63,610 nucleotides of DNA from Pseudomonadota bacterium (lineage in GTDB: Bacteria; Pseudomonadota; Gammaproteobacteria; Burkholderiales; JABEVD01). The position numbers and the translations under genes were made by a program. The notes under the pieces were generated by a model. The model was not told the DNA's origin and did no database searches. It saw only the letters and a list, made by a program, of their open reading frames with translations. The stretch is taken from the NCBI GenBank assembly GCA_021802655.1, contig JAJZRP010000005.1:1-63610 (forward strand), read 5' to 3'. Below, piece after piece: positions 27,894 through 40,596 of this stretch (its first letter is position 1; the number at the start of each line of letters is the position of its first letter).

Positions 27894-28609
27894 AAAAGAT
27901 GCCCGCTTACAAGCGCATCCTGCTCAAGCTGAGCGGGGAGGCGCTGATGGGTGACGACAGCTACGGCATCAACCGCCCGACGATTGCGCGCATCGTTTCC
28001 GAAATCAAGGAAGTCGTCGAGCTCGGCGTGCAGGTTGCTATCGTGATCGGCGGTGGCAACATTTTTCGGGGCGTAGCGCTTGGCGCAGCCGGCATGGATC
28101 GTGCGACAGCGGATTACATGGGGATGATGGCCACCGTCATGAACGCGCTTGCATTGCAGGATACGATGCGTGGTGTCGGACTCGACTGCCGCGTGCAATC
28201 CGCGCTCAATATCGAGCAGGTCGCCGAACCTTATATTCGCGGCAAGGCGATGCGCTACCTTGAAGAGGGTAAGGTGGTGGTATTTGCTGCCGGGACGGGC
28301 AACCCCTTTTTCACGACAGATACGGCCGCCGCATTGCGCGGAATGGAAATGAACGTCGATATCGTTCTCAAGGCGACCAAGGTTGATGGCGTTTATACCG
28401 CCGATCCGGCGACTCACCCCGAGGCAACACGATACCATCGCCTGAGCTTCGATGAAGCAATCCTGAAAAACCTGAAGGTCATGGATGCCACTGCGTTGGC
28501 ATTATGCAGGGATCAGAACATGAACGTGAACGTGTTCAGCATATTCAAACCTTCCGCCTTGAAGCGGGTAGTGTTCGGGGAGGATGAAGGTACTCTGGTA
28601 TACTGCTGA
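27890..28609 (+). CDS. pyrH: Uridylate kinase
   Basis: [25 protein letters not shown]; start could be ATG 27899. Confidence 0.97.
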   Translation: MKKMPAYKRILLKLSGEALMGDDSYGINRPTIARIVSEIKEVVELGVQVAIVIGGGNIFRGVALGAAGMDRATADYMGMMATVMNALALQDTMRGVGLDCRVQSALNIEQVAEPYIRGKAMRYLEEGKVVVFAAGTGNPFFTTDTAAALRGMEMNVDIVLKATKVDGVYTADPATHPEATRYHRLSFDEAILKNLKVMDATALALCRDQNMNVNVFSIFKPSALKRVVFGEDEGTLVYC

Positions 28610-28635
28610 TTTCAGCATATTGGGAAAGCACGAAG

Positions 28636-29193
28636 ATGTTGGGTGAAGTCAAGAAATCTGCCGAGCAAAGAATGATCAAGGCGCTCGAAGCCCTGAAAGT
28701 CGATTTTTCCAAAGTCAGGACGGGACGGGCGCATACCGGCATACTCGACCATGTCGTAGTGGATTATTACGGCAATCCCACGCCGATCAGCCAGGTTGCC
28801 GGCGTGAGCTTGCTGGATGCGCGTACCATCAGCGTATCCCCATGGGAGAAGAAGATGCTGGCGCAGATCGAAAAGGCGATCAGGGATTCCGATTTGGGCC
28901 TTAATCCTTCCACGGTGGGAGATATTGTGCGTGTTCCCATGCCCATGCTCACAGAAGAGCGCAGGCGCGACCTGATCAAGGTGGTCAGGGGGGAAGCAGA
29001 GAATGCGCGAATAGCTATCCGGAATATTCGCAGGGATGCCAATTCCTCGCTCAAGGAGCTCGTTAAGGAGAAGGCCATTTCCGAGGATGATGAGCGGCGT
29101 GCCCAGGATGAAATCCAGAAGCTGACGGATCGCCATATCGCTGAAGTGGATAAGGCATTGCAGGCCAAAGAAGCCGATCTTCTGGCAGTCTGA
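28636..29193 (+). CDS. frr: Ribosome recycling factor
   Basis: [25 protein letters not shown]. Confidence 0.97.
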   Translation: MLGEVKKSAEQRMIKALEALKVDFSKVRTGRAHTGILDHVVVDYYGNPTPISQVAGVSLLDARTISVSPWEKKMLAQIEKAIRDSDLGLNPSTVGDIVRVPMPMLTEERRRDLIKVVRGEAENARIAIRNIRRDANSSLKELVKEKAISEDDERRAQDEIQKLTDRHIAEVDKALQAKEADLLAV

Positions 29194-29948
29194 TGGCTCG
29201 TTTCCAAAGCTCGACTTGCGAGATTCCCGCTGCAAAAGCCATCCCGTCGCATATCGCGATCATTATGGACGGCAACGGCCGATGGGCTAAGCAGCGCATG
29301 TTGCCGAGAATTGCCGGACATCAGCGAGGCGTCAAGAGCGTGCGCAATACGGTCCGGCATTGTGTCGAAATCGGCGTCGAGTATCTGACCCTGTTCGCTT
29401 TCAGCAGCGAGAATTGGCGCAGGCCGAAGGATGAAGTGTCTTTCCTGATGACGCTTTTTTACAGCGCTCTGGAACGGGAAATCGATCAGATTCACAAGGA
29501 TAATCTGCGTTTCAGGGTGATCGGGGATCTTTCCCCCTTCAACGCCAAACTGGTCAGGCTGATCGAAGATGCCGAGCTGCGCACCGCAGACAATACAGGG
29601 TTGACTTTTACCATAGCTGCCAATTATGGGGGAAGATGGGATATCCTGCAGGCGGCAAGGCGCATGTTGAAGGATCGTCCGGAACTTGCAGGCGGATTCG
29701 AAGAGTGTGACCTCTCCCCCTATCTTTCGATGAATTATGCGCCGGAGCCCGATCTTTTCATAAGAACGGGGGGGGAGCAGCGAATCAGCAACTTCCTTTT
29801 GTGGCAGCTTGCCTATACCGAACTCTATTTCACAGATACCCTATGGCCGGATTTCGATTCGGCAGCAATGGATCTCGCTATCACTTCCTATCAGGCGAGA
29901 GAGCGTCGTTTCGGGCGAACCAGCGAACAGTTGCTTGCAACACCCTGA
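29193..29948 (+). CDS. uppS: Undecaprenyl diphosphate synthase
   Basis: [37 protein letters not shown]. Confidence 0.97.
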   Translation: MARFQSSTCEIPAAKAIPSHIAIIMDGNGRWAKQRMLPRIAGHQRGVKSVRNTVRHCVEIGVEYLTLFAFSSENWRRPKDEVSFLMTLFYSALEREIDQIHKDNLRFRVIGDLSPFNAKLVRLIEDAELRTADNTGLTFTIAANYGGRWDILQAARRMLKDRPELAGGFEECDLSPYLSMNYAPEPDLFIRTGGEQRISNFLLWQLAYTELYFTDTLWPDFDSAAMDLAITSYQARERRFGRTSEQLLATP

Positions 29949-29950
29949 CA

Positions 29951-30763
29951 ATGCTTAAAGCCAGGATATTAACTGCAATAGTATTGATTCCGCTTTTTCT
30001 GGGTGCCCTGTTTTTCCTCTCGGATGAGTTATGGATAGGAGTGACGCTGGCAGTGACGATGCTCGCGTGCCGGGAATGGGGAAGGATGGCCGGTTTTTCG
30101 AAAATGCTTATCCAGCTTTATCTCCTCCTGTCCTTCATGATGTCGTGGTTCGTTCTCTGGCTGATTCATATCGATTCTGCGCGCATCCTGTTTTTCTATG
30201 GCGCTTCGGCCATCTTCTGGCTTGTTGTTGCTCCATCCTGGCTCGCATTCGGCTGGCATATCCGGCATCCGCTCCCCATGGCATTGGTAGGGTGGATTGT
30301 GCTGATCCCGACATGGCTTGCCCTGATCGATCTGAGGTTATATGGGCCATGGCTTTTGCTCGGGGTCATGGCAATAGTCTGGATTGCCGATACGGCCGCC
30401 TATTTTTCCGGGAAAAGGTTTGGGGAACACAAGCTTGCCCCATCGATCAGCCCCGGCAAAACCTGGGAAGGTGTTGCCGGGGCTGCCGCTGCCGTGGGAA
30501 TTTATGCATGGTTTCTGGTTTTCTCGGGCAATACCGATGCCTTGGCTATTGATCCGCCCTGGCTGATTCTTTCGATATGGGTGCTGATGGGTTTCAGCAT
30601 CATCGGAGACCTTTTCGAGTCGTCTGTCAAGCGCAATGCAGGCCTCAAGGACAGCGGAAACATTCTTCCCGGACATGGCGGGATACTGGATCGCATCGAC
30701 AGCCTGACGGCGGCACTCCCGCTGGCCGCACTGGGCCTGATGCTCACACAGTTGCTGCCATGA
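29951..30763 (+). CDS. cdsA: Phosphatidate cytidylyltransferase
   Basis: [31 protein letters not shown]; start at ATG 29951. Confidence 0.96.
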   Translation: MLKARILTAIVLIPLFLGALFFLSDELWIGVTLAVTMLACREWGRMAGFSKMLIQLYLLLSFMMSWFVLWLIHIDSARILFFYGASAIFWLVVAPSWLAFGWHIRHPLPMALVGWIVLIPTWLALIDLRLYGPWLLLGVMAIVWIADTAAYFSGKRFGEHKLAPSISPGKTWEGVAGAAAAVGIYAWFLVFSGNTDALAIDPPWLILSIWVLMGFSIIGDLFESSVKRNAGLKDSGNILPGHGGILDRIDSLTAALPLAALGLMLTQLLP

Positions 30764-31941
30764 CCACGCAAAATATCACCGTACTGGGATCCACGGGCAG
30801 CATCGGCAAAAGCACACTCGACGTAGTGGCGCGGCATCCCGAGAAATTCACGGTGTTCGCGCTGAGCGCGAACACCCAGCATGAGGCCTTGCTCGAGCAG
30901 TGCTTGAAGTTCAGGCCGAAATATGCCGTGATGCGGGACGAGTCAGGCGCGCAGCGTTTAAGAGAAGGGATTGTTCGAGCAGGGCTGAATACCGAAGTCG
31001 AGAGCGGGGTTGCTGCACTCGAAAAAATAGCGTCCCTCCCCGAGGTGGATACCGTGATGGCGGCCATTGTCGGAGCTGCGGGAATGCAGCCGGCGCTTGC
31101 CGCGGCAAGAGGCGGGAAAAGAATCCTGCTCGCCAACAAGGAGACCCTTGTCATGGCAGGGCAGCTTTTTATGGATGCGGTCAGAGAAAACGGCGCAGTT
31201 CTCTTGCCCATAGACAGCGAGCACAACGCCATTTTCCAGGTGCTGCCGCGCAATTACACCCGTGACGGGGGAGGAGGCGTGAAGCGCATTCTGCTTACGG
31301 CTTCTGGCGGCCCTTTCAGGAGTTTTTCGAGGGAAGCGCTCGAACATGTTACGCCGGATGAGGCGTGCAGGCACCCGAACTGGGTAATGGGCAGAAAGAT
31401 TTCCATCGATTCCGCGACGATGATGAACAAGGGGCTGGAGGTGATCGAGGCGCACTGGCTGTTCAATGCGGGAGCCGATCAGATCAGGGTGGTCGTGCAT
31501 CCCGAGAGCATCATCCATTCCATGGTCGAATACATCGATGGCTCGATACTTGCACAACTCGGCAATCCCGATATGCGCACACCGATCGCCTATGCGCTCG
31601 GTTTTCCACAAAGAATCGACTCCGGTGTCGAATCGCTCGATTTGTGCCGGATTGCGACGCTTCATTTCGAAGAGCCGGATCTTTCCCGCTTTCCCTGCCT
31701 TGCCCTGGCATTTCAGGTATTGAAAGCCGGCGGGTCGGCTGCGACCATACTGAATGCTGCGAATGAAGTGGCTGTCCAGTATTTTTTCGAGAAGAGGATA
31801 CGCTTTACGGCCATTTCCGAAATGATAGAAGAAACGCTGAGCAAATTGGGCGCCTTGCCTCTCGATACTGTGGAACAAGCGATCGAGATCGACAGGATGG
31901 CGAGGGTCGCCGCCAAAGCCCTGCTTTCGCAAGTCTCATGA
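30760..31941 (+). CDS. dxr: 1-deoxy-D-xylulose 5-phosphate reductoisomerase
   Basis: [31 protein letters not shown]; start at ATG 30760. Confidence 0.97.
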   Translation: MTTQNITVLGSTGSIGKSTLDVVARHPEKFTVFALSANTQHEALLEQCLKFRPKYAVMRDESGAQRLREGIVRAGLNTEVESGVAALEKIASLPEVDTVMAAIVGAAGMQPALAAARGGKRILLANKETLVMAGQLFMDAVRENGAVLLPIDSEHNAIFQVLPRNYTRDGGGGVKRILLTASGGPFRSFSREALEHVTPDEACRHPNWVMGRKISIDSATMMNKGLEVIEAHWLFNAGADQIRVVVHPESIIHSMVEYIDGSILAQLGNPDMRTPIAYALGFPQRIDSGVESLDLCRIATLHFEEPDLSRFPCLALAFQVLKAGGSAATILNAANEVAVQYFFEKRIRFTAISEMIEETLSKLGALPLDTVEQAIEIDRMARVAAKALLSQVS

Positions 31942-33296
31942 ATATCCTGTATACCCTGGCTGCATTCGCCATAGCCCTCGGTATCCTCATCGTGATCCAT
32001 GAGTTGGGGCACTATCTGGTTGCCAGGGCCTGTGGCGTCAAAGTGCTGCGTTTTTCTGTCGGCTTTGGCAAACCGCTCTTTTCCAGACGCATCGGGTCGG
32101 ATCGGACCGAATGGTCGATTGCCGCTTTCCCGATCGGGGGCTATGTCAAGATGCTCGACGAGCGGGAAGGGGAGGTGTCGCCGGGAGAAGCCCACCGCGC
32201 TTTCAACCGTCAGACGGTCTACCGTCGCAGCGCAATCGTCCTTGCCGGTCCTGCCTTCAATCTTGTTCTGGCCGTTCTCCTGTACTGGGTGCTCTTCGTG
32301 CACGGCATTCCCGGGATGAAACCAGTCCTTGGACCGATCAAGCCGGATTCGGCTGTCGCCCAAGCGGGTTTCAGGGAAGGAGACGAACTTCTGGATATCG
32401 ATCATCGGAAAGTCAAAACCTGGGACGATGTGCGCTGGATTTTGATTCAGCAAGCCGTGAAAAAGGCTGCAATTGATATTTCCGCACGCGATACCGAAGG
32501 GCGTATCGTTCCGTACAAACTCGATTTGAGTCATGCGAATATCGACAGCAAGGATTTTCTTTCCGATTTGGGTTTTGAGAGAGTGCAATTTTTCCTCCCT
32601 CCGGTGATCGATGAGGTGACGAAGGATGGACCTGCCGGTCGTGCAGGTGTTGCGGCCGGAGACAGGATCGTTGCGCTCAATGGGGAACCGGTTAAATCAT
32701 GGGCAGAGGTGGCTGCATTCATCCGGAAGAATGGCTCAGTTCCGGTCAGGATGGAAATTGAGCGCAATGGCGCTCCCGTAGCGGTGAATATCATTCCGGA
32801 GCTAGCGACAGAAAATGGCCAGCGTATCGGAAGGATCGGTATTGCAGCGAAAATCGACCAGGGCGAAATGGACAGGCTGTTTACCGAGGTACGCTATTCG
32901 CCTCTTGAAGCATTTATTCGGGCATTCGACAAGACTTGGGAAACATCCGGATTTACATTGAAAATGCTGGGGGAGATGTTTCTCGGGAAAATTTCAATGA
33001 GGAATATAGGCGGGCCGATCACGATCGCAGACTATGCCGGACAGTCTGCCAGGATGGGCGCTGTTGCCTATTTGAATTTTCTGGCGCTCATCAGCATCAG
33101 CCTCGGCGTGCTCAATTTGTTGCCCGTTCCTGTGTTAGATGGAGGGCATTTGATGTATTATATGGCCGAAATTGTAAGAGGCAGGCCCCTGTCTGACAGG
33201 GCTATGGAAATCGGCCAGCAGATGGGGATGTTCTTGCTGTTCTCGCTGATGGCCCTGGCTATTTACAATGATCTACACCGTCTGATTACCGGCTGA
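31938..33296 (+). CDS. rseP: RIP metalloprotease RseP
   Basis: HELGH, two PDZ domains, [11 protein letters not shown]. Confidence 0.96.
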   Translation: MNILYTLAAFAIALGILIVIHELGHYLVARACGVKVLRFSVGFGKPLFSRRIGSDRTEWSIAAFPIGGYVKMLDEREGEVSPGEAHRAFNRQTVYRRSAIVLAGPAFNLVLAVLLYWVLFVHGIPGMKPVLGPIKPDSAVAQAGFREGDELLDIDHRKVKTWDDVRWILIQQAVKKAAIDISARDTEGRIVPYKLDLSHANIDSKDFLSDLGFERVQFFLPPVIDEVTKDGPAGRAGVAAGDRIVALNGEPVKSWAEVAAFIRKNGSVPVRMEIERNGAPVAVNIIPELATENGQRIGRIGIAAKIDQGEMDRLFTEVRYSPLEAFIRAFDKTWETSGFTLKMLGEMFLGKISMRNIGGPITIADYAGQSARMGAVAYLNFLALISISLGVLNLLPVPVLDGGHLMYYMAEIVRGRPLSDRAMEIGQQMGMFLLFSLMALAIYNDLHRLITG

Positions 33297-33302
33297 GCAT
33301 TA

Positions 33303-35630
33303 ATGAAAATAAAACATTTGGTGGCAATTCTTTCCAGTCTTTATGCAACTTCGAGTTTTGCGATGCAGCCATTCATCGTGAAGCACATCAAGGTCGAAGG
33401 TATACAGCGCACCGAAGCCGGTACGGTATTCAGCTATTTGCCGGTGAAGGTTGGCGACACGATGAACGACGAAAAATCGATTGCGGCGATCAAGGCGCTT
33501 TATGCCACCGGTTTTTTCAAGGATGTGCGCATCGAGGCCGACAGGGATGTGCTCATCGTGGTCGTTCAGGAACGTCCCGCGATTGCGTCGATCGATATTG
33601 TGGGCGCCAAGGAAATCAAAAAGGATACGCTGAAAACCAGTTTGAAGCAGATCGGGCTCGCCGAATCGCGTATCCTAGACAGATCGCTGCTCGACAAGGC
33701 AGTCCAGGAATTGAAGAGGCAATACATCGGACGCGGCCATTACGCTGTGAAGGTTGTCGCTACGCTTACGCCGCTCGAGCGCAATCGTGTCGATGTCAGC
33801 TTCAATATTACCGAGGGGGATGTCGCCAAGATCCACAAGATCGGCATCATCGGGAACCATGTTTTCAAGGAAAAGGACCTGGTCAAGCTTTTCTCGCTCT
33901 CCACACCGAACTGGCTTTCGTGGTTTACTGACGACGACCAGTATTCGAAAACCAAGCTCTCGGCCGATGAGGAAACCCTGCGTTCATATTACCAGAATCG
34001 CGGCTATCTGGAATTTGCCATCAATTCGACGGATGTGTCGATTACACCGGACAAGAAGGATATCTATATCACCATCAATATCACGGAAGGGCCGAAATAT
34101 ACTGTCAGCGGCGTCAAGTTCGCCGGAGACAAACTGATCCCGGAAGCGGAGTTGCGCAAAATGGTTTCCGTCAAGGCTGGCGATATTTTTGACCGGGAAA
34201 AAATAACCGATTCCATAAAACTCATCAGCGACAGACTTTCGGACGAAGGTTATGCTTTTGCGAATGTCAATGCCATACCCGACATCGACAAGAAAAACCA
34301 CACGGCCACCTTCACTTTTTCAATCGACCCGGGCCATCGTGTCTATGTCAGGCGCATCAACATCACTGGCAATACGCGAACGAAGGACGAGGTGATACGC
34401 CGTGAGTTCAGGCAGATGGAAGGTGGATGGTACATGGGCCAGAATATCAAGGATTCCAAGAACCGGATCGACAGGCTGGGCTATTTTTCCGATTCCAACA
34501 TCGAAACGCCAGCCGTGGTAGGCACGAACGACCAGGTCGACCTCAACCTCAACGTGACCGAGAGGCCGACTGGCAACATCTCGGTCGGCGCAGGTTATGC
34601 GAGCGCTGAAGGCCTGATATTGAATGGATCGATTTCGGAAAACAATATTTTCGGGACAGGCAATCAGGCATCGATATCCGTCAATACGAGCATACTGAAC
34701 AGGGTCATCGACCTCTCCTATACCAACCCCTATTATACGGATGCGGGCACCAGCCTGGGATACGACCTATACAGAAGGGATGTCAACCCTTCCGCGCTGA
34801 TGCTCGGCCAATATCAGACCAACACGACAGGTGCGATGGTACGCTATGGTGTTCCGGTGACGGATATCGACACCATTCATTATGGTTTCGGGTTGGAGGA
34901 AACGACCATCAATTTGGTCAACTATGCTGCGCTTTATCCCTATTACGGTGTATATAACCCTTACCTCAACTTCACTTCGCCGGTATATACCCAGTTCGTC
35001 CAGCAGTTCGGCAACTACAACACCACGGTCAAGGGTACTATAGGCTGGTCGCGGGATACGCGCAACAATGCCTTCTTTCCCACAGAAGGCAGCATGGTTA
35101 GCGCCTATACTGAGATGGGGCTGCCTGGCGGCTCTTTAAAGTATTATAAAGTTACAGGTCAGGACATGTGGTTCCATGATCTCTATAAAGATATTACCCT
35201 GATGCTCGAGGGACAGCTCGGTGTCGGTGGCGGCTATGGCGGCAAGCCGCTGCCTTTTTTCGACAATTTCTTTGCCGGTGGCGTGGGTTCTGTGCGAGGT
35301 TACGACATCAGTTCCCTGGGGCCCAAGGACAGCTATTATGAGCCTATAGGCGGCAATAAAATGGTCACGGGCAGCGCAGAAGTCTATTTCCCCATGCCCG
35401 GCATCAAGGACAAGAAATCGGTTCGCCTGAGCACTTTCGTCGATGGCGGCCAGGTTTACGGGAACAGCCAGATACCGTTGCAGGGCGGCGGATTGCGTTA
35501 TGCGGCAGGGGTTGCGCTGACCTGGATATCTCCCGTCGGGCCGCTCAAGTTCAGTTTTGCCCAGCCGATCAATCCGCAGCCTTTGGATAACATCCAGAGG
35601 TTCCAATTCATGTTGGGCAACATATTCTAA
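33303..35630 (+). CDS. bamA: Outer membrane protein assembly factor BamA
   Basis: Signal peptide, POTRA repeats (YATGFF, YQNRGY), VRGY loop motif, C-terminal Phe. Confidence 0.96.
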   Translation: MKIKHLVAILSSLYATSSFAMQPFIVKHIKVEGIQRTEAGTVFSYLPVKVGDTMNDEKSIAAIKALYATGFFKDVRIEADRDVLIVVVQERPAIASIDIVGAKEIKKDTLKTSLKQIGLAESRILDRSLLDKAVQELKRQYIGRGHYAVKVVATLTPLERNRVDVSFNITEGDVAKIHKIGIIGNHVFKEKDLVKLFSLSTPNWLSWFTDDDQYSKTKLSADEETLRSYYQNRGYLEFAINSTDVSITPDKKDIYITINITEGPKYTVSGVKFAGDKLIPEAELRKMVSVKAGDIFDREKITDSIKLISDRLSDEGYAFANVNAIPDIDKKNHTATFTFSIDPGHRVYVRRINITGNTRTKDEVIRREFRQMEGGWYMGQNIKDSKNRIDRLGYFSDSNIETPAVVGTNDQVDLNLNVTERPTGNISVGAGYASAEGLILNGSISENNIFGTGNQASISVNTSILNRVIDLSYTNPYYTDAGTSLGYDLYRRDVNPSALMLGQYQTNTTGAMVRYGVPVTDIDTIHYGFGLEETTINLVNYAALYPYYGVYNPYLNFTSPVYTQFVQQFGNYNTTVKGTIGWSRDTRNNAFFPTEGSMVSAYTEMGLPGGSLKYYKVTGQDMWFHDLYKDITLMLEGQLGVGGGYGGKPLPFFDNFFAGGVGSVRGYDISSLGPKDSYYEPIGGNKMVTGSAEVYFPMPGIKDKKSVRLSTFVDGGQVYGNSQIPLQGGGLRYAAGVALTWISPVGPLKFSFAQPINPQPLDNIQRFQFMLGNIF

Positions 35631-35650
35631 TTTCGAATCAGGAGATTAAA

Positions 35651-36154
35651 TTGAAAAGGATATATGCAGGTTTAGTCGCAATGGTTCTGGCTGCAAGCGC
35701 ATCCATCGGTTGCGCGGACGAAATCAAGATAGGAATCGTGAATACCGAGCGGGTTTTGAGGGAATCTGCGCCAGCCATCGCCGCGCAGAAAAGGATAGAA
35801 AAGGAGTTCGCTGCAAGAGATCAAAACCTGCAGAAGATGGCGAAGCAAGCCAAGGATCTCCAAGCACAGCTGGACAAGGAAGGGATGACGATGTCCGATT
35901 CGGACAGGGCGGCCAAGGAGCGGGATCTTGCCAATCTGAGCCGGGATTTTCAGCGCATGCAGCGCGAATTCAGGGAGGATCTCAACCTGAGGAAAAACGA
36001 GGAGCTGGCTACAGTGATCGAGAAGGCCAACAAGGCGATCACCAGTATCGCCCAGTCCGAGAAATACGACCTGATACTGCAGGAAGCGGTGTACAGGAGT
36101 CCCAAGATCGATATCACCGACAAGGTGATCAAGGCATTGGCCAACGAGAAATAA
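35651..36154 (+). CDS. skp: OmpH/Skp periplasmic chaperone
   Basis: Signal peptide, KIGIVN, coiled coil, DITDKVI; TTG start. Confidence 0.93.
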   Translation: MKRIYAGLVAMVLAASASIGCADEIKIGIVNTERVLRESAPAIAAQKRIEKEFAARDQNLQKMAKQAKDLQAQLDKEGMTMSDSDRAAKERDLANLSRDFQRMQREFREDLNLRKNEELATVIEKANKAITSIAQSEKYDLILQEAVYRSPKIDITDKVIKALANEK

Positions 36155-36157
36155 TTT

Positions 36158-37198
36158 ATGGGCCAAAGTTTCCGGCTATCGGATATCGTCGGACGCTTTG
36201 GGGGAGAACTCATCGGCGACGGCGAAATCATGGTCTCCCGGGTCGCGACACTTGCGAGCGCGGAGCCGACGGACATTTCTTTCCTGTCCAGCGGGAAATA
36301 CAGGCAGCAACTGGAGCATTCGCGGGCAGGCGCTTTTATTCTCGGCAAGAACGATCATGATGCCACCGAAAAACCGAGAATTGTCTGTGACAATCCCTAT
36401 GTCTATTTTGCGAGGGTGTCTTCCTTCCTGAATCCTGCTCCAAGCTCGGAGCCCGGCATCCATCCGAGCGCAGTGGTCCATGAAGGTGCCTTGATTCATC
36501 CTTCGGTATCGATAGGCCCACATTGCTGCATAGGCAGAAATGCCAGAATAGGGGAAAATTCGGTGGTCGGCGCATCCTGCGTCATAGGCGAGGATGTGGC
36601 GATCGGCAGCAATGCAAGGCTCTATGCGGGTGTTTCGGTTTATCCGGGCTGCATTATCGGAAGCGACTGCATCATTCATTCGGGTGCCGTGATCGGCGCA
36701 GACGGCTTTGGCATCGCGATGGATGAAGGGAAATGGCTCAAAATCCCCCAGATCGGGAAGGTGGTGATTGGGGACGATGTCGAAATCGGCGCGAACACCA
36801 CCATAGACAGGGGGGCGCTCGACGACACGATCATCGGGGACGGGGTTAAAATTGACAATCAGGTGCAGGTTGCCCATAACGTCGTGATCGGCGCGCATAC
36901 GGCAATCGCAGGATGCACGGGCATCGCGGGAAGCACGAGAATCGGGCGGTATTGCAAGATTGGGGGGAGCGGAATGATCCTGGGGCATCTGCACATTGCA
37001 GACCATGTGGATATTTCGGCAGGGACGATGATCACCAAATCGATCGAAGCGCCGGGCGCCTATACCTCCATTTACCCGTTCGCCCCCCACCGTGAATGGC
37101 TCAGGAATACCGCGCATTTGCGGCATTTGAATGAATTGGCGGAGAAAGTGCGCCAGCTCGGGAAAGACATCGAAGCTCTGGAAAGGAAAAAGTCCTGA
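36158..37198 (+). CDS. lpxD: UDP-3-O-(3-hydroxymyristoyl)glucosamine N-acyltransferase
   Basis: Hexapeptide repeats, [28 protein letters not shown]. Confidence 0.96.
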   Translation: MGQSFRLSDIVGRFGGELIGDGEIMVSRVATLASAEPTDISFLSSGKYRQQLEHSRAGAFILGKNDHDATEKPRIVCDNPYVYFARVSSFLNPAPSSEPGIHPSAVVHEGALIHPSVSIGPHCCIGRNARIGENSVVGASCVIGEDVAIGSNARLYAGVSVYPGCIIGSDCIIHSGAVIGADGFGIAMDEGKWLKIPQIGKVVIGDDVEIGANTTIDRGALDDTIIGDGVKIDNQVQVAHNVVIGAHTAIAGCTGIAGSTRIGRYCKIGGSGMILGHLHIADHVDISAGTMITKSIEAPGAYTSIYPFAPHREWLRNTAHLRHLNELAEKVRQLGKDIEALERKKS

Positions 37199-37635
37199 TG
37201 AACATCCACGAAATACTCAAGTATTTGCCCCATCGCTACCCGTTTTTGCTGATCGACAGGGTGCTCTCGGTCGAACCCGGCAAGGAAATCACCGCCCTCA
37301 AGAACGTCACGGTCAACGAACCCTTTTTCCCGGGGCATTTCCCCCACCATCCCGTCATGCCGGGCGTTCTGATCGTGGAGGCCCTGGCGCAGGCTGCAGC
37401 GATCCTGTCCTTCAAAACCATGGACAGCCTGCCGAGCGACGATTCGGTCTACTATTTCGTCGGCATCGACGGCATTCGTTTCAAAAAGCCGGTCATTCCA
37501 GGGGATCAGTTGATACTCAAGGCTTCGATCACGCGCCATGCCCAGGGGTTGTGGAAATATGCCGTGAGGGCGGAAGTGGAGGGTTCCCTGGTGACGGAAG
37601 GACAACTGATGTGTACTTTGCGGTCGGTCAAATGA
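37198..37635 (+). CDS. fabZ: 3-hydroxyacyl-ACP dehydratase
   Basis: [30 protein letters not shown]. Confidence 0.97.
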   Translation: MNIHEILKYLPHRYPFLLIDRVLSVEPGKEITALKNVTVNEPFFPGHFPHHPVMPGVLIVEALAQAAAILSFKTMDSLPSDDSVYYFVGIDGIRFKKPVIPGDQLILKASITRHAQGLWKYAVRAEVEGSLVTEGQLMCTLRSVK

Positions 37636-38402
37636 TACACCCGACTGCCATCATCGAACCCGGTGCGCAAGTTGCGAGCGGCGTCGAAATCGGGGCCTAT
37701 TCGATCATAGGTTCACATGTCGAAATCGGATCGGGAACGAAGATCGGGCCGCATGCCGTGATCAAGGGACATACGCGCATAGGAAGGAACAACCGCATCT
37801 ACCAGTTCGTTTCTCTCGGCGAGATTCCTCAGGACAAGAAATATGCGGGCGAGCCGACACGGCTCGAAATCGGCGACAACAACGAAATCAGGGAATTTTG
37901 CACTTTCAATATCGGGACGGCCCAGGATATCGGCGTTACCCGAATAGGCAATAACAACTGGATCATGGCTTATGTCCATCTTGCCCACGACTGCCAGATT
38001 GGAAACCATACCATTTTCGCCAACAATGCCCAGTTGGCGGGCCATGTCACCGTCGAGGATTTCGCCATTCTGGGCGGATTCACCGTCGTTCACCAATTCT
38101 GCAGGATAGGCACCCACTCTATCACCGCGATGGGCACCATCCTGCTGCAGGATATCCCGCCCTACGTCACCGCTTCCGGCAATCCGGCTTCCCCGCATGG
38201 CATCAATTCCGAGGGACTGAAGCGGCGCGGGTTTTCTTCTGATGCCATTCTCGAAATCAGGCGGGCCTACAAGACGCTTTACAAATCGGGTTTGAGCCTT
38301 CAGGAAGCGAAGGATGCCCTCTTTTCCAAAGTCGAGGCTCATGCCGAACTCGGCCCGTTTTTGGAATTCATAAGCGGCTCGAAACGCGGGATCGTTCGCT
38401 GA
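37632..38402 (+). CDS. lpxA: UDP-N-acetylglucosamine O-acyltransferase
   Basis: IHPTAII, PQDKKY, HLAHDC, GHV, VHQF; start at ATG 37632. Confidence 0.96.
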   Translation: MIHPTAIIEPGAQVASGVEIGAYSIIGSHVEIGSGTKIGPHAVIKGHTRIGRNNRIYQFVSLGEIPQDKKYAGEPTRLEIGDNNEIREFCTFNIGTAQDIGVTRIGNNNWIMAYVHLAHDCQIGNHTIFANNAQLAGHVTVEDFAILGGFTVVHQFCRIGTHSITAMGTILLQDIPPYVTASGNPASPHGINSEGLKRRGFSSDAILEIRRAYKTLYKSGLSLQEAKDALFSKVEAHAELGPFLEFISGSKRGIVR

Positions 38403-38404
38403 AC

Positions 38405-39577
38405 ATGGAGCGGAGGAAAGTGCGGATCGGTATCGTCGCCGGGGAGGCGTCGGGCGATCTCCTGGGCTCGCACCTCGTCAGGGCGCTGAAGGAGAAACTG
38501 CCCGAGATCGAATTCGTCGGTGTTGGGGGACCCAAAATGCAGTCCGCAGGGGTAACTTCCCTGTTTCCGATGGAGAAGCTGGCTGTCATGGGCTATGTGG
38601 AAGTCTTGAAACGCTACTTCCAGATTATCGCTATCAGGCGCAAGCTGATACGCTATTTCAAATCGAACCCGCCCGACATATTCATCGGAGTGGATGCGCC
38701 GGACTTCAACCTCGATCTGGAGAGGGATCTCAAGAAGGCGGGAATCCCCGCCATCCATTATGTGAGTCCTTCGATCTGGGCATGGCGGGGAGAGCGCATA
38801 CACAAGATCAGGAAATCCTGCACCAAAGTGCTCGCGCTTTTTCCTTTCGAAAAGGAATTGTACGACAAGGCGGGAATTGACGCCGATTATGTCGGCCACC
38901 CGCTTGCCGACATGGTTCCGGAGTCTGCGGACAGGACTGCAATGAGAAGGAACATGAAACTGCCGCTGGATGCAAAAATATTCGCTTTCCTGCCGGGAAG
39001 CAGGCAGAGCGAATTGCAATACATGGCCGATACCTTCATCCAGACGGCGATGCTGGTGCGGGAAAAATGGTCCGATGCGAGATTCCTGGTTCCGCTTGCA
39101 AGCCGTGAAACCAGGGCGCTCTTCGAGGAAGCGATCTACCGCAACCATGCCGAGGATATTGCCTTCACGCTTTTTTTCGGGCATGCCGTGGATGCGATGA
39201 TCGCATCCGATATCGTGCTTGTTGCATCCGGTACTGCCACTTTGGAGGCTGCGTTGCTCAAAAGGCCCATGGTGATCACTTACAAGATGGCGCCATTGAC
39301 CTACAGTCTCAAGAAGCGCAAGAAATACCAGCCTTACGTGGGGCTTCCCAATATCCTTTCCGGGAAATTCGTCGTGCCTGAATTGCTCCAGGACGAAGCG
39401 ACACCGGAAAATCTGTCCCGTGCCTTGATCAACCTGATGCAGGATGAAGCGGTTATCCGCAAGCTTGAAGACGTGTTCGCCGAAATGCAGCGCAGCCTGA
39501 GGCAGAATACCGCCGAAAAGGCATCATTGGCCATTCTGCCCCTTCTGGCGCATGACTATCGTCTGCGGCGTGGATGA
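38405..39577 (+). CDS. lpxB: Lipid-A-disaccharide synthase
   Basis: [39 protein letters not shown]. Confidence 0.97.
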   Translation: MERRKVRIGIVAGEASGDLLGSHLVRALKEKLPEIEFVGVGGPKMQSAGVTSLFPMEKLAVMGYVEVLKRYFQIIAIRRKLIRYFKSNPPDIFIGVDAPDFNLDLERDLKKAGIPAIHYVSPSIWAWRGERIHKIRKSCTKVLALFPFEKELYDKAGIDADYVGHPLADMVPESADRTAMRRNMKLPLDAKIFAFLPGSRQSELQYMADTFIQTAMLVREKWSDARFLVPLASRETRALFEEAIYRNHAEDIAFTLFFGHAVDAMIASDIVLVASGTATLEAALLKRPMVITYKMAPLTYSLKKRKKYQPYVGLPNILSGKFVVPELLQDEATPENLSRALINLMQDEAVIRKLEDVFAEMQRSLRQNTAEKASLAILPLLAHDYRLRRG

Positions 39578-40115
39578 GGCGGGGCGCGGTCCCCTGGCTG
39601 GTCCGGTTTACGCCGCAGCGGTAATTCTGGACCCGGCCAAGCCTATCATCGGGCTGAATGATTCGAAGAAGCTGAGCGAGAAAAGGCGCAAAGAACTTGC
39701 ATGCCGGATCAGGGAGGATGCGCTTTCCTGGGCCGTGGCGAGTGCTTCGGTGGAAGAGATCGATTCGATCAATATCCTGCAGGCGAGCCTGTTGGCGATG
39801 AAAAGGGCGATAGACGGACTTCCCGTCCTGCCCCATGAAATCCTGGTCGATGGCATCTATTGTCCTGAAGTACTGATGCCGTCGAAAGCGATCGTCAACG
39901 GGGATGCCCTGATCCCTGAAATATCGGCAGCATCGATCCTCGCCAAAACGTCGAGGGACGCTTTCATGCTAGAATTGCATGGTGATTTTCCAGAATTCGG
40001 CTTTGACAGGCACAAGGGTTATCCGACCAAGATGCACATCGAAGCACTCGGCAAGTACGGCCCATCAGCCGTCCACAGGAAGAGTTTCGCTCCGGTCAGG
40101 GTATTTTTGAGATGA
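39552..40115 (+). CDS. rnhB: Ribonuclease HII
   Basis: [32 protein letters not shown]. Confidence 0.97.
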   Translation: MTIVCGVDEAGRGPLAGPVYAAAVILDPAKPIIGLNDSKKLSEKRRKELACRIREDALSWAVASASVEEIDSINILQASLLAMKRAIDGLPVLPHEILVDGIYCPEVLMPSKAIVNGDALIPEISAASILAKTSRDAFMLELHGDFPEFGFDRHKGYPTKMHIEALGKYGPSAVHRKSFAPVRVFLR

Positions 40116-40588
40116 ACATTCTCTGGTATTACCGCCACGAGCAGCAGGTCGTCGGACCTGTTCCGCAGCAGGCGATAGAGCGCTACCTCATTCTCGGCCG
40201 CCTGAAGATGGATGATGAAGTCAGGACAGGCGATTCACCCTGGCTGAAAATCGGGGATTGCCCGGAGTTTTCATCTACCTGCGAATTGCTCCGGGGGGGG
40301 GGCGAGGCGAAGCTTTCTGCCGCGAGACGCTTTGCCGACGAGAGGAGCCGCTTCAGGCGTGTGGATGGGCAAAGCCCGGCGGAGAATCATCGCAGGGAGG
40401 AGCGGCGCAGTGAAGAGCCACAAGAAATCAAGGTGTTGCGCTCCCATCGTGCGGTTGTTTTCGAGCCGCCGAAACAGAGAAGCTGGATGGGCTATGTCCT
40501 GATCGCAGGTCTCATAGGGCTGGTGCTGCTCGTCATCATATTTTACCATCCCGTCAACCCGATCAAGGTCGGCGTTTCCGGACATTGA
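40112..40588 (+). CDS. Hypothetical membrane-anchored protein with GYF_2/DUF4339-like N-terminus
   Basis: [14 protein letters not shown]-terminus, charged middle, C-terminal TM helix; ATGA overlap with the rnhB stop. Confidence 0.6.
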   Translation: MNILWYYRHEQQVVGPVPQQAIERYLILGRLKMDDEVRTGDSPWLKIGDCPEFSSTCELLRGGGEAKLSAARRFADERSRFRRVDGQSPAENHRREERRSEEPQEIKVLRSHRAVVFEPPKQRSWMGYVLIAGLIGLVLLVIIFYHPVNPIKVGVSGH

Positions 40589-40596
40589 GCAGGTCC

